Assembly: GCA_965243205.1 (NCBI GenBank)
Contig: CBDEUK010000002.1
Coordinates: 2,112,001-2,176,000 of the forward strand
Source: Gammaproteobacteria bacterium
GTDB taxonomy: Bacteria; Pseudomonadota; Gammaproteobacteria; Eutrophobiales; Eutrophobiaceae
DNA length: 64,000 nt
Reading direction: 5' to 3'
A program made the position numbers and the translations under genes. Within the stretch, counting starts at the first letter, position 1, and every line of letters starts with the position of its first letter. Positions 30,274-39,467 of the stretch are shown one piece after another. The notes under the pieces were generated by a model. That model saw only the letters and a program-made list of their open reading frames with translations. It was not told the origin of the DNA and did no database searches.

Positions 30274-31575
30274 ATGATGATTAAATTTAATAAAGTTTTA
30301 TCGACTTTCACCGCGTCAGCTGTGATGTTAGTCGGCTTAGTATCAACTACCCATGCGATGGATGTACCAACAATTAAATCTTCGGAGTTAATGACTGGAC
30401 TTGAAAATCCTTGGGATATGGCTTTTTTACCTGATGGCACAATGTTTTTTACAGAAAAATGTAAAGGCCTTTCAGTCAGAACAACATCGGGTGATGTAAA
30501 CGCGCTATATGGAATGAAGGATTCTAAAGGTTATAAAAGTTCTGGTAGCGATCTTTTCTGTGACGGTCAAGCAGGTATGTTAGGAGTTGTTCCTGATAGA
30601 AACTTTGCTGATAATCGCACACTCTACGTCTATTCAACTTCTACCAAATATCATGGCGATGGTTGTAAAACCAATTTTGAACGATGTGATGGAAACATCG
30701 TTATGAGATTTAAAGTCAGTACAGATCTTAAGAGTGTTTCTGACCGTACCGATATCGTTAAAGATATTCAATATAAACCGTTCAAGTCTAATCAACCATT
30801 TGGTGGCCCTGGTGCACATAATGGTGGTCGATTACGCATTGGGCCAGGGGGATACCTTTGGGTAACGGGTGGTGATCGTCATAGAGGTGTTTGTCCACAA
30901 GATCCTAAGTTACTGTGCGGTAAAGTACTAAGGATTGATGGTAATGGTAATGCACACCCTGATAATAATCCTCCTGCTGGTTTCGATAGCCGTATCTACA
31001 CTTATGGACATCGTAATGTTCAAGGTATCGATTTTCGTCCAAGCGATGGCCGAGCATTCACCTCTGAACATGGGCCTTGGCATAACGATGAAATTACTGC
31101 ATTAGTAAATGGTGGTAATGCGGGTTGGGATCCTAAAGAAAAAACAGCTGGTAGAAGCGCATGCCCAGATCAATATTGTGGTTATGAGCCGAATCAAATG
31201 GAAGCTGTTGATCCTGCTGTACGCTCAGCCTATACACCTATGAGTGATACACGCTTTGATGATTTAATGCCAGCTGCTTGGAATAACAATGGTTTTTCTC
31301 AAGGTACTGGTTCTGCCGCATTCTTAAAAGGTAGTAACTGGGGTATTTATGAAGGTCGTTTAACCGTTGGTATCATGGGTATTGCTTTTGGTGATACTCC
31401 AGCGGGTTCACGTATCGACATCATCGACTTATCTACGGATGGTTTAGGAATCAAAAACATTACACGTATGCCACTTGGTTTCACAAAACGTTTCCGTGGT
31501 CTAGTAATGGGCCCAGATAATGCGTTGTATGCAGCTACTGACGAAGGTGAAATTTATAAAATCACCGCTGAATAA
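30274..31575 (+). CDS. Periplasmic PQQ-dependent sugar dehydrogenase family (soluble GSDH beta-propeller) protein
   Basis: Signal peptide ending THA, GLENPWDMAFLPDG, HNGGRL, TYGHRNVQG, SEHGP; SD AGGAG. Confidence 0.87.
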   Translation: MMIKFNKVLSTFTASAVMLVGLVSTTHAMDVPTIKSSELMTGLENPWDMAFLPDGTMFFTEKCKGLSVRTTSGDVNALYGMKDSKGYKSSGSDLFCDGQAGMLGVVPDRNFADNRTLYVYSTSTKYHGDGCKTNFERCDGNIVMRFKVSTDLKSVSDRTDIVKDIQYKPFKSNQPFGGPGAHNGGRLRIGPGGYLWVTGGDRHRGVCPQDPKLLCGKVLRIDGNGNAHPDNNPPAGFDSRIYTYGHRNVQGIDFRPSDGRAFTSEHGPWHNDEITALVNGGNAGWDPKEKTAGRSACPDQYCGYEPNQMEAVDPAVRSAYTPMSDTRFDDLMPAAWNNNGFSQGTGSAAFLKGSNWGIYEGRLTVGIMGIAFGDTPAGSRIDIIDLSTDGLGIKNITRMPLGFTKRFRGLVMGPDNALYAATDEGEIYKITAE

Positions 31576-31590
31576 GCAGTAACTAACTAT

Positions 31591-31630
31591 AATAAATACT
31601 CGCGTTATGAAAGTAGCGCGGGTATTTATT
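31591..31630. terminator. Terminator hairpin between convergent genes
   Basis: AATAAATACTCGCGTTAT-GAAA-GTAGCGCGGGTATTTATT, stem with G.U pairs and GNRA loop. Confidence 0.75.
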
Positions 31631-31661
31631 TCTATAAAAAATTTGATAAATGTTAGGTAAG

Positions 31662-32039
31662 TTATTCCTTACACAGAATATTAGCGAGTTGTATAGTAGA
31701 GGAATTTATATCGATAGTTTTCTTTGGCTTTTCTTTAGTATCAGTTGCCATTGCCGGTGTGGTCCAGTTCTTATCGATATAAAATGTGCTTTCTAATGTT
31801 GTTTCAGAATACTCGGAGCAATCAATTTTTATCAAACTTTGATAGCTTGAGGCAGCCATTACAGAAGTTTTGTATCGAACTCTATTCCAAACGTTAACAA
31901 AGTTACCATTCTTTTGTACGCGAGCATTATCGAAGAAAAAGATATCTCCATTTGCCTTAGTTAAATACTCTATCCAATCAGCCATCGAGCTACACGAGAA
32001 CGATAATAGAAATAAGAACAGTAGTTTTTTCATATCCAT
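31662..32039 (-). CDS. Small exported hypothetical protein (surface-adhesin-E-like fold possible)
   Basis: Signal peptide MKKLLFLFLLSFSCSSMA|DW; IDC...C-terminal C pair typical of this small beta-rich family. Confidence 0.65.
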   Translation of the reverse strand: MDMKKLLFLFLLSFSCSSMADWIEYLTKANGDIFFFDNARVQKNGNFVNVWNRVRYKTSVMAASSYQSLIKIDCSEYSETTLESTFYIDKNWTTPAMATDTKEKPKKTIDINSSTIQLANILCKE

Positions 32040-32067
32040 ATAAATTAATTTATCATCGAATAGAATA

Positions 32068-33114
32068 TTAACGTACTAATTTATCTAGTGATATAGCCAT
32101 ATCATCGTATTTGAATTTAGGTATTTCAAATACCCAAGGTGACATTTGTTGATTTAATAATTGAATTTCAGTCTCAGGATTCATTTCATCGTTATCTGTT
32201 GATTCTTCTGTATTAGAAACTTGAGGTGCTTTATATTCAAACTGAAAATTAGCATAGTTTTTGTCTGAATCTTTTTTCAGTCTTATATTTACTACCAAAC
32301 CACGAAAGCTTTCTACGGTTGTTAAAATTGAATTTTCAGACATATCAATCGATTGAGTTGAACGAACACTATCAGCTCGCACATCTTCAAGTAATCTTGC
32401 AATACGATTTAGTATAACTTCTGATTGTGGTTTTTTGTCATCAGGTATATTGCTTAAATTAAAATTAACTTGCCCTTCATCGTTACGTGATAATGTAAAT
32501 GTTTCTGTATTAGGGTGAGTAATATTTACAGATTTAATTTCACTTGAATCTAAATTAATGATGTCCTGTTGAAACCAATCTTTTTCTTGGCTACTAGCAG
32601 TGATATTACCTTGGACTAATAATGCATGCTCCTCATTCGGTTTGCGAACATATAAGGCAGGAACGCTTTCATTAGACTCGCGTTTTTTACCAATGATAAT
32701 GCTTTCGATTAGTTCACCGTTCTCATCGAGTAAAGAAACTAATTTAGATTGACTGCTTCTTTCATACGGCCCTTCAACAGCGAGTCTAGAATATAATTCA
32801 GGATTTTTAGTTTTCTCTGAATCTATCTTTAATTCAGTAAGTCCCACAATGAGAGATTTTACTTTTTCAGAGATAGCAGGAAAGTTATCGCTGCTTTGTA
32901 TTACCCAGTTGTTTTTGTTATGACTTAATATAACTTGCTCTTCGAAGCCTTTTATTTCAACAATTTTTATTCTGTTAATGTCTTGAGTAAGTTCAGGAAA
33001 TAAAAAACGTTTATCAATCGAAGTTGTTGGAGCACGTTTATCCCAAAAAATACTGGCTGCATAGATTGAACCAATGGTAATTACGATTAAAAAAGCAAGA
33101 TGACGAAATTTCAT
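32068..33114 (-). CDS. DUF4340-type membrane-anchored periplasmic protein of Gld-like ABC system
   Basis: N-terminal anchor, KTKNPELYSRL, IIGK...LYVR...W pattern; last gene of gldA/F/G-like operon. Confidence 0.75.
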   Translation of the reverse strand: MKFRHLAFLIVITIGSIYAASIFWDKRAPTTSIDKRFLFPELTQDINRIKIVEIKGFEEQVILSHNKNNWVIQSSDNFPAISEKVKSLIVGLTELKIDSEKTKNPELYSRLAVEGPYERSSQSKLVSLLDENGELIESIIIGKKRESNESVPALYVRKPNEEHALLVQGNITASSQEKDWFQQDIINLDSSEIKSVNITHPNTETFTLSRNDEGQVNFNLSNIPDDKKPQSEVILNRIARLLEDVRADSVRSTQSIDMSENSILTTVESFRGLVVNIRLKKDSDKNYANFQFEYKAPQVSNTEESTDNDEMNPETEIQLLNQQMSPWVFEIPKFKYDDMAISLDKLVR

Positions 33115-33119
33115 AATAC

Positions 33120-34976
33120 TTAAGTATGACGGTTACGATAAATAGCGAGTCCCAAAGAAAAGACAATGATTAATAAAGGTATTAAACCGATATTTATAAA
33201 ACGTAATTGATTTCCAAGTCGTTCTATATTCTTTTTTAAATCATGTTGAACAGAACGCAATTCTTTTCGAGTTTTGACACGTTCTTGTCTGAACTTCTCA
33301 ATCTCTTCGTTTTCTGCTTTGCTAAGTACAGCAACGCTCTCTTCCCCACGTTGAGTTTGAATTTCGAGTATCTTATCTTCTGTTTCTTTTAATTTAGTTA
33401 GTAGCTTTTGTTCGCGATCACGGAATTGTGATTCTGCTTCACGACGAATAGCTTCGACTTTTTCGAATGGCCTTGAGAAAACACCGCGACTTCTTAAACT
33501 TATCAGGTCTGTATTACCTGATAAGTTATCGATAGAGTTAATAATAAAGTCACCATTGTTTGCAATCGGTTGAGGAATACTCATACCAAACATATTTTGT
33601 TCACGAATCCAAAACAAGTCTCGAAGAATATCTGTATCAGCAGCAAGAATTAAATTAATTTCACCTTCACTAACAAATTTATCATCTGCTTCTTCATCTT
33701 CCCCCAGAAGTGGTTTGCCATCAGGAAAAGCCGATTTTACTTTACCACTTACTCTCGCAATTAAAGTCTGTTTCCTTTCTTCTGATTTAAAATTATCTAA
33801 CATCACTTTAGGATCACGTTGAAATAAAATTAAATCACGTTCGATTTGCATCGATTGTAGGGTTGTTTCAATAAGAGGGGTGATATTAATGTTCGAACCT
33901 TCAGTCTTTTCAATGATGCCTGAAGTACCCAAGTTAATAATGTTTAAATTATTCGTGGTGAAATCATCTTGATTAAAATTTTCTTTACCTAAACTTAACC
34001 AGGGTAAATAAGATACCTCTTCAGGACCTTTTGCAGTACGTGATTGAACACGCATAGCGGCATTAGAATCACCAGCAATTTTTTCTTTAACAACATTAAC
34101 GCCCCAAAGGTTGAATAAAATATCTAAGTCGGAATCCAAGTCAGGCATTACATTGGGGTTATCTGCTGGAGGTTGAGAAGAATCACCTTCCGCTAATGGA
34201 TCCAAGAACACCATTGCTTTACCACCGCGCAATAAGAACTGATCAATTGCATACAAAATAGGTTCTTTTAAATCTTTTGGATGTACGATCATTAATACAT
34301 CTATATCTGGGTTAATTTCACTGGCTTTGAAATTAATATTTTCGATATCAAAAAAATCATACATGTTTTTAATAACAGTCCATGTTTCTAAATTGGTTTC
34401 TTTATTGCCTAAAATAGGCAAAGAACTAATGACGCCAATCAATGGTTTTTTTGGATACGCTAATCCATAAATTAATTTAGAAAGGTCGTATTCTAATGAA
34501 GCTTGTTTGTCAGCTTGAAACATTGGGATAATGGCTTCGTCATCCGTTGAGTTAGCACCAACCAAACCAAAGTAAGCTCTATCACCCGCTGCATTGACTT
34601 GAATGCCTTGTAAACCATAGCCAACGGCCTCATCTTCTTCTTCCGAAAAAGGTTCAGGGTCAGTAATGGTTAATGTTAAATTTCCATTCGATTTTGCAGC
34701 ATACTCCTCCAACAAATCTCGAACACGAACGCCATACTGCAACATGCCTGGGTTAAAACCCGTTAACTCATTTTGTGAAAAATAAAATTTTAATGAAATA
34801 GGTTCTTCAAGGTTTTCTAATATATTGATAGTACCTTGAGATAGTGTGAATAATTTATTTTCTGTTAAATCTACACGCCAATTAGTAAAGACACTATTCA
34901 CTAAAACGACACTGGCAATGAATAAAATGATGCCAAAGACTAATCCTGTTCCTGAAGCAATTTTTCTTAATAACAT
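33120..34976 (-). CDS. GldG-like ABC-type uncharacterised transport system auxiliary protein
   Basis: RVDLTENKLFTLSQGT, DPEPFSEEED, LEYDLSKLI, AIDQFLLRGGK, N- and C-terminal TMs. Confidence 0.85.
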   Translation of the reverse strand: MLLRKIASGTGLVFGIILFIASVVLVNSVFTNWRVDLTENKLFTLSQGTINILENLEEPISLKFYFSQNELTGFNPGMLQYGVRVRDLLEEYAAKSNGNLTLTITDPEPFSEEEDEAVGYGLQGIQVNAAGDRAYFGLVGANSTDDEAIIPMFQADKQASLEYDLSKLIYGLAYPKKPLIGVISSLPILGNKETNLETWTVIKNMYDFFDIENINFKASEINPDIDVLMIVHPKDLKEPILYAIDQFLLRGGKAMVFLDPLAEGDSSQPPADNPNVMPDLDSDLDILFNLWGVNVVKEKIAGDSNAAMRVQSRTAKGPEEVSYLPWLSLGKENFNQDDFTTNNLNIINLGTSGIIEKTEGSNINITPLIETTLQSMQIERDLILFQRDPKVMLDNFKSEERKQTLIARVSGKVKSAFPDGKPLLGEDEEADDKFVSEGEINLILAADTDILRDLFWIREQNMFGMSIPQPIANNGDFIINSIDNLSGNTDLISLRSRGVFSRPFEKVEAIRREAESQFRDREQKLLTKLKETEDKILEIQTQRGEESVAVLSKAENEEIEKFRQERVKTRKELRSVQHDLKKNIERLGNQLRFINIGLIPLLIIVFSLGLAIYRNRHT

Positions 34977-34985
34977 GTTTTTACC

Positions 34986-35720
34986 TCAGTCTGCTTTCTT
35001 TTGATCAATGATAATCACATTGGCGTATAACCAAATCGCAACCAATGCAAAGAAATAAAAAACATCTCTAAAATCAATCACACCTTTTTTAATCGATTCG
35101 AAATGTGTTAAGAAACTGAATGATGCGACTGCGTCGACTAACCATTGTGGAACCCAATCTGGAAAAAAATCTAATACTGCAGGAAAGCCACATAGAATGA
35201 ATAGAAAACAAACCACAACTGTCACTACGAATGCAATAACTTGGCTTTTTGATAAAGCCGATAAACAAGAGCCAATGGCTAGAAAACCTGCGGCCATTAA
35301 AAAGCTACCAATATAACTGGCTAAAATAACGGTGTTATCAGGTTCACCTAAATAATTCACCGTGATCCAAACAGGAAATGTGAGAATCAATGCAACACCA
35401 GTAAAACACCAAGCTGCTAAGAATTTACCGATCACTGCGTCCAAAGTATTAATGGGTAAAGTCATGAGTAATTCGATGCTGCCACTTTTACGTTCTTCAG
35501 ACCAAAGACGCATGGCAATGGCTGGAATTAAGAATAAATACAACCAAGGATGAAATTGGAAAAATGGTTCTAAATCAGCTTGGTTACGTTCGTAAAACTG
35601 GCCTATCTGAAATGTGAAGGTTCCTGTTAATAATAAAAAGATCACAATGAATACATAAGCAACGGGTGTTGCAAAGTAACCATAGAGTTCTCGTTTGAAG
35701 ATCGCGATTATGTTCTTCAT
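34986..35720 (-). CDS. GldF-like ABC-2 permease
   Basis: FKRELYGYFATPVAYV, MRLWSEERKSGSIELLMTLP, GKFLA. Confidence 0.88.
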   Translation of the reverse strand: MKNIIAIFKRELYGYFATPVAYVFIVIFLLLTGTFTFQIGQFYERNQADLEPFFQFHPWLYLFLIPAIAMRLWSEERKSGSIELLMTLPINTLDAVIGKFLAAWCFTGVALILTFPVWITVNYLGEPDNTVILASYIGSFLMAAGFLAIGSCLSALSKSQVIAFVVTVVVCFLFILCGFPAVLDFFPDWVPQWLVDAVASFSFLTHFESIKKGVIDFRDVFYFFALVAIWLYANVIIIDQKKAD

Positions 35721-36478
35721 GATTGAGCCTCCATGCCTTCTGATTCATAAAATTTATTGGTGATATCACGAAACACATCATCCATGCGACCTGTTTCAGA
35801 TTGTTCAAGTAATTCTTTTGGCGTGCCGTCGTAAAGTATTTGTCCAGAGGCAATAATAATGGCGCGATCACAGACTGCGTCAACTTCTTCCATAATATGA
35901 GTCGAGATAATAATGGCTTTGTCTTTGGCCATTTCTTGGATCAATAAACGTACTTCGTGTTTTTGGTTAGGATCGAGGCCATCGGTTGGTTCGTCCATAA
36001 TCAAGACTTCTGGATCATGTAATATAGCTTGAGCAACCCCGACGCGGCGTTTGAAACCTTTGGATAGTGTTTCAATGGTTTGATATTTTACAGATTCCAA
36101 ATGAATTCGAGCGATGGATTTATCAACGGCATTGGTTCTTTCTTCACCATAAAGACCGCGAATCTCGCCAACAAAATGCAGGAAACTATTAACGGTCATT
36201 TCACCATAACTAGGCGCGCCTTCAGGCAAATAACCAAATTTTTGTTTGGCTTCTATGGGATTATCAAGAACATTAAAACCACAGATAGAAACCGAACCTG
36301 AGGTAGGCTCTAGAAAACCAGTGATCATTTTCATTGTTGTGGATTTACCAGCGCCATTCGGCCCAAGAAAACCCAAAACTTCGCCCTTATTTATAGTGAA
36401 TGATACACCTCTGACCGCATGGATAGGGCCAAAGCGTTTCACAAGGTTGTTGACTGAGATAGCCGCTTCAGTATTCAA
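35717..36478 (-). CDS. GldA-like ABC transporter ATP-binding protein
   Basis: GPNGAGKST, signature LSKGFKRRV, DEPTDGLDP, STH. Confidence 0.92.
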   Translation of the reverse strand: MNTEAAISVNNLVKRFGPIHAVRGVSFTINKGEVLGFLGPNGAGKSTTMKMITGFLEPTSGSVSICGFNVLDNPIEAKQKFGYLPEGAPSYGEMTVNSFLHFVGEIRGLYGEERTNAVDKSIARIHLESVKYQTIETLSKGFKRRVGVAQAILHDPEVLIMDEPTDGLDPNQKHEVRLLIQEMAKDKAIIISTHIMEEVDAVCDRAIIIASGQILYDGTPKELLEQSETGRMDDVFRDITNKFYESEGMEAQS

Positions 36479-36619
36479 GACAGTAGTTACCTTAATTGTT
36501 TTATGTTTATTTAGACCATTATTTCGAATGGCAGGCTATTCTGCACAAATAAACACCATCGTCAATTGCATGACTAAGACTATCTAGGCGAATAGTTGTT
36601 CAAACAGAAGTTTTTTGAC

Positions 36620-37483
36620 CTAATTTTCTCGTTTTAAGCGAAATAGTGAAGAAATATCTTCATCTCCGAAACCTTGTTCCATCAATTTTTGATAATGGAT
36701 CAAGGTCATTTCAATCATTGGCCAAGCCTTTTCTGCATTATCTTTTTTAGCCATTTGTTGGCAAATAGTAAGATCTTTATGATGTAGCGCAAGTTTAAAA
36801 CCTGGGTCAAATTTACCGGCCAGCATGGTTTTACCTCGATGTTCCAAAAACCAATTACCTGCTGCTCCAGAGGAAACCACATCCACTACTTTATCCATTT
36901 CCAATCCCATCGTAACGCCAAATGCTAGAGATTCTGTTACCGCTTGGTTAATACCTGCGGCCATCATTTGATTGACAGCTTTGGTCGCTTGGCCTGAACC
37001 TGTTGATCCCATGTAAACAATATTTTTAGCAATAGCATTCAGAGTGGGGCGGGTTTTTTCAAGAATATTTTCCTCGCCGCCAACCATCATCGCTAATGTA
37101 CCATGTTTGGCACCTTCAACGCCGCCAGAGACAGGGCAATCTAAAAAGTGAACATTCTTGGTCTGTAAGATATTAAAAGCTGTTTCGGCTGTTGTTGAGC
37201 TAACGGTAGATGTATCCACTACGATAGCATTTGTAGGTAAAGAGTCCACAATGCTATTAACCATCTCTAATACATCTTCATCCCGTGACACACAGAGAAT
37301 GATCAGTTCACATTGACTAGCAAGATCCGCTGGGTTTTGCGTCTGTTTACAGCCAAGCTCTTTAGCAAGGGCTTCAGCTTTCGAGCTAGTTCGATTCCAT
37401 ACTGCTTCCAAAGTATTAACTTTTGCAAGGTTTCGAGCCATATGGGCACCCATTGCACCAAGACCAATAACACCCGTTTTCAT
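36620..37483 (-). CDS. 3-hydroxyisobutyrate dehydrogenase / tartronate semialdehyde reductase family NAD(P)-dependent oxidoreductase
   Basis: GVIGLGAMG, DCPVSGG, TKAVNQ, GFKLALHHKDL. Confidence 0.9.
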   Translation of the reverse strand: MKTGVIGLGAMGAHMARNLAKVNTLEAVWNRTSSKAEALAKELGCKQTQNPADLASQCELIILCVSRDEDVLEMVNSIVDSLPTNAIVVDTSTVSSTTAETAFNILQTKNVHFLDCPVSGGVEGAKHGTLAMMVGGEENILEKTRPTLNAIAKNIVYMGSTGSGQATKAVNQMMAAGINQAVTESLAFGVTMGLEMDKVVDVVSSGAAGNWFLEHRGKTMLAGKFDPGFKLALHHKDLTICQQMAKKDNAEKAWPMIEMTLIHYQKLMEQGFGDEDISSLFRLKREN

Positions 37484-37677
37484 TAACAAAGCTCCAATGA
37501 TTAATTTTTATTGAACCATAACAAGAAAAAATACTTATTTATAGGTAAGCGGGAACAAATCACTTTCAGATAATATTATGAGGGTTTAGCATCATTCTCT
37601 TGCATTGTAATAAAGATGATATAAATCTTAATTACTCTTTAATTAATATATTTTTAGTGCCAACTCTAGTGAGGACA

Positions 37678-38337
37678 ATGTTTGTGATGAGCATTTTTAA
37701 ACCGTTCTTTTTTGCATATTGTTGCTTATTCATAAATTCTGCTTTTTCCACCACGGTTCTACAAATTCACCTCGACGATATGCTGCTCCAATCAGAATTA
37801 GTTTTTGAGGGAGAGGTACTGTCTTCTGAATCTAAATGGAATAGAAAAAAAACATTCATACATACATATGTTAATTTCAGAGTAGATGACGTTATCAAAG
37901 GAAATTACTCTGGAAATACTCTAACTCTAAGTTTTGCGGGTGGAGAAATAGATGGCGCAGTGTTACAAGTTTCTGGAATGAAATATCCTGATATTGGTGA
38001 AAAAGGTGTTTTTTTTATTGAGCAGTTAAACAAGCCACAAGTGAACCCATTTATTGGTTGGGGCCAAGGTCATTTTATAATTGCTAAAGACCAATCTGGA
38101 ACAGATCGAGTTTTAACTGAAAACAAGAAGATGGTACTAGGTTTGGAGCAAATGGAATCAACAGTTTCACGGGCTTTGAGATCTAATAGGATGCAACCAT
38201 TCGCTCATGGGGTTGCTGAAGGACTCAGGCTTGGGCAGGATAATGAGCCTTTAAGAAACGCAATGGAAAAACGAGTTTTTATATCCTCTATAAAACAAAG
38301 GTTAGTAAGATTAATGGATCAAGGATATGTTGAATAG
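37678..38337 (+). CDS. Exported hypothetical protein, partner of downstream matrixin
   Basis: Signal peptide ending SAFS|TT; SELVFEGEV...IKG...GG beta-rich pattern; GAGGA near 37671 (start 37678-37687); stop overlaps next start. Confidence 0.72.
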   Translation: MFVMSIFKPFFFAYCCLFINSAFSTTVLQIHLDDMLLQSELVFEGEVLSSESKWNRKKTFIHTYVNFRVDDVIKGNYSGNTLTLSFAGGEIDGAVLQVSGMKYPDIGEKGVFFIEQLNKPQVNPFIGWGQGHFIIAKDQSGTDRVLTENKKMVLGLEQMESTVSRALRSNRMQPFAHGVAEGLRLGQDNEPLRNAMEKRVFISSIKQRLVRLMDQGYVE

Positions 38338-39467
38338 TGTTTATTAAAGTAATTACTTGTGTGTTTTGTTTCTTTATGAGTTTTTCTGTCAATGCATTTG
38401 TTTTAACAGGAAGTTCTTGGCCAGCAGGTGAGACTGAAGTTTATGTCAATTTTTCTGCATCTAATACATTTTCAGATACCCCAAATGTTGTGGTTCCAGG
38501 GGGGCCTTCAATAAGCGAATTACAAACTGCTTATATCGAAGCGATGGATATTTGGACTAATAACTCTACTTTTCAATATATTCCAAATACTGGAGTAGGT
38601 TTTGGAGCTCCCTGTACTTCATCATTTAATACTGCGATATTTTCAACAACTCCTGAATGCGATAGTAGTGTTTTTGGTGAAAATACTCTCGCAGTACAAT
38701 GGACGTTTAGACCTTTTGAAGGCAGTACAACTACTATTAAAACACTAACCGTTTTCAATAATGCTTTTGAATGGGATATCTATACTGGACCATGGACAGG
38801 TGTGGCTGAATTTAAACGAGTGGCCGTACATGAGCTTGGACATGGATTGGGACTTGGGCATTCCGCAGATTCTTCTGCAATCATGTGGTTTCAAGCTGGG
38901 AACACTGAAACTCCACAGATGGATGATCTAAATGGAGTTGCAGCCCTGTATGATTTAGATTCGGATGGAGTTGGTATTGCTTCAGATAACTGTCCTGATG
39001 TTGCAAATAATACTCAAACTGACACTGATTCTGACGGGCAAGGAGATGCTTGTGATAGTGACGATGATAATGATGGAATAAACGATACAGTCGACAATTG
39101 CCCAATCAATGCTAACGCTGGGCAAGCAAATTTTGATAATGATTCTGAAGGTGATGTTTGTGATTTGGATGATGACAATGATGGGCTGACTGATTTAGAA
39201 GAAATTAATACATATAATACCAACCCTTTTAATTCAGATTCAGATAACGATGGATTAAGTGATGGAGATGAAATCAATATTTATTCTACTGATCCAAATT
39301 TATCCGATACTGATAATGATGGTATTAACGATGGAGATGAAGTAACGAACGGAACCGATCCTCTTGTTAATGAGTCTGTGATAATCCCTGCTATGCCAAT
39401 GTTAGCCTTACTGATATTAGGTTTGTTCTTAATACAAGCGAATAAGTTAACTCATCGTAAAATTTGA
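38337..39467 (+). CDS. Matrixin-family (metzincin) metalloprotease with TSP3/Ca-binding repeats and C-terminal sorting/anchor segment
   Basis: Signal peptide VNA|F, HELGHGLGLGHS zinc motif plus Met-turn AIMW, Asp-rich repeats, IPAMP-hydrophobic-basic tail. Confidence 0.85.
   Translation: MFIKVITCVFCFFMSFSVNAFVLTGSSWPAGETEVYVNFSASNTFSDTPNVVVPGGPSISELQTAYIEAMDIWTNNSTFQYIPNTGVGFGAPCTSSFNTAIFSTTPECDSSVFGENTLAVQWTFRPFEGSTTTIKTLTVFNNAFEWDIYTGPWTGVAEFKRVAVHELGHGLGLGHSADSSAIMWFQAGNTETPQMDDLNGVAALYDLDSDGVGIASDNCPDVANNTQTDTDSDGQGDACDSDDDNDGINDTVDNCPINANAGQANFDNDSEGDVCDLDDDNDGLTDLEEINTYNTNPFNSDSDNDGLSDGDEINIYSTDPNLSDTDNDGINDGDEVTNGTDPLVNESVIIPAMPMLALLILGLFLIQANKLTHRKI
38955..39366 (+). repeat. Thrombospondin type 3 / DxDxDG calcium-binding repeats (protein level)
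   Basis: DNCPDVAN..DTDSDGQGDACD, DNCPINAN..DNDSEGDVCD, and three D.DNDG..D..E units; boundaries approximate. Confidence 0.8.

Noticed and set aside
38955-39366. Repetitive GAT/GAC-rich DNA considered as CRISPR or tandem repeat
   Set aside because: Explained by Asp-rich calcium-binding protein repeats; no identical repeats with unique spacers
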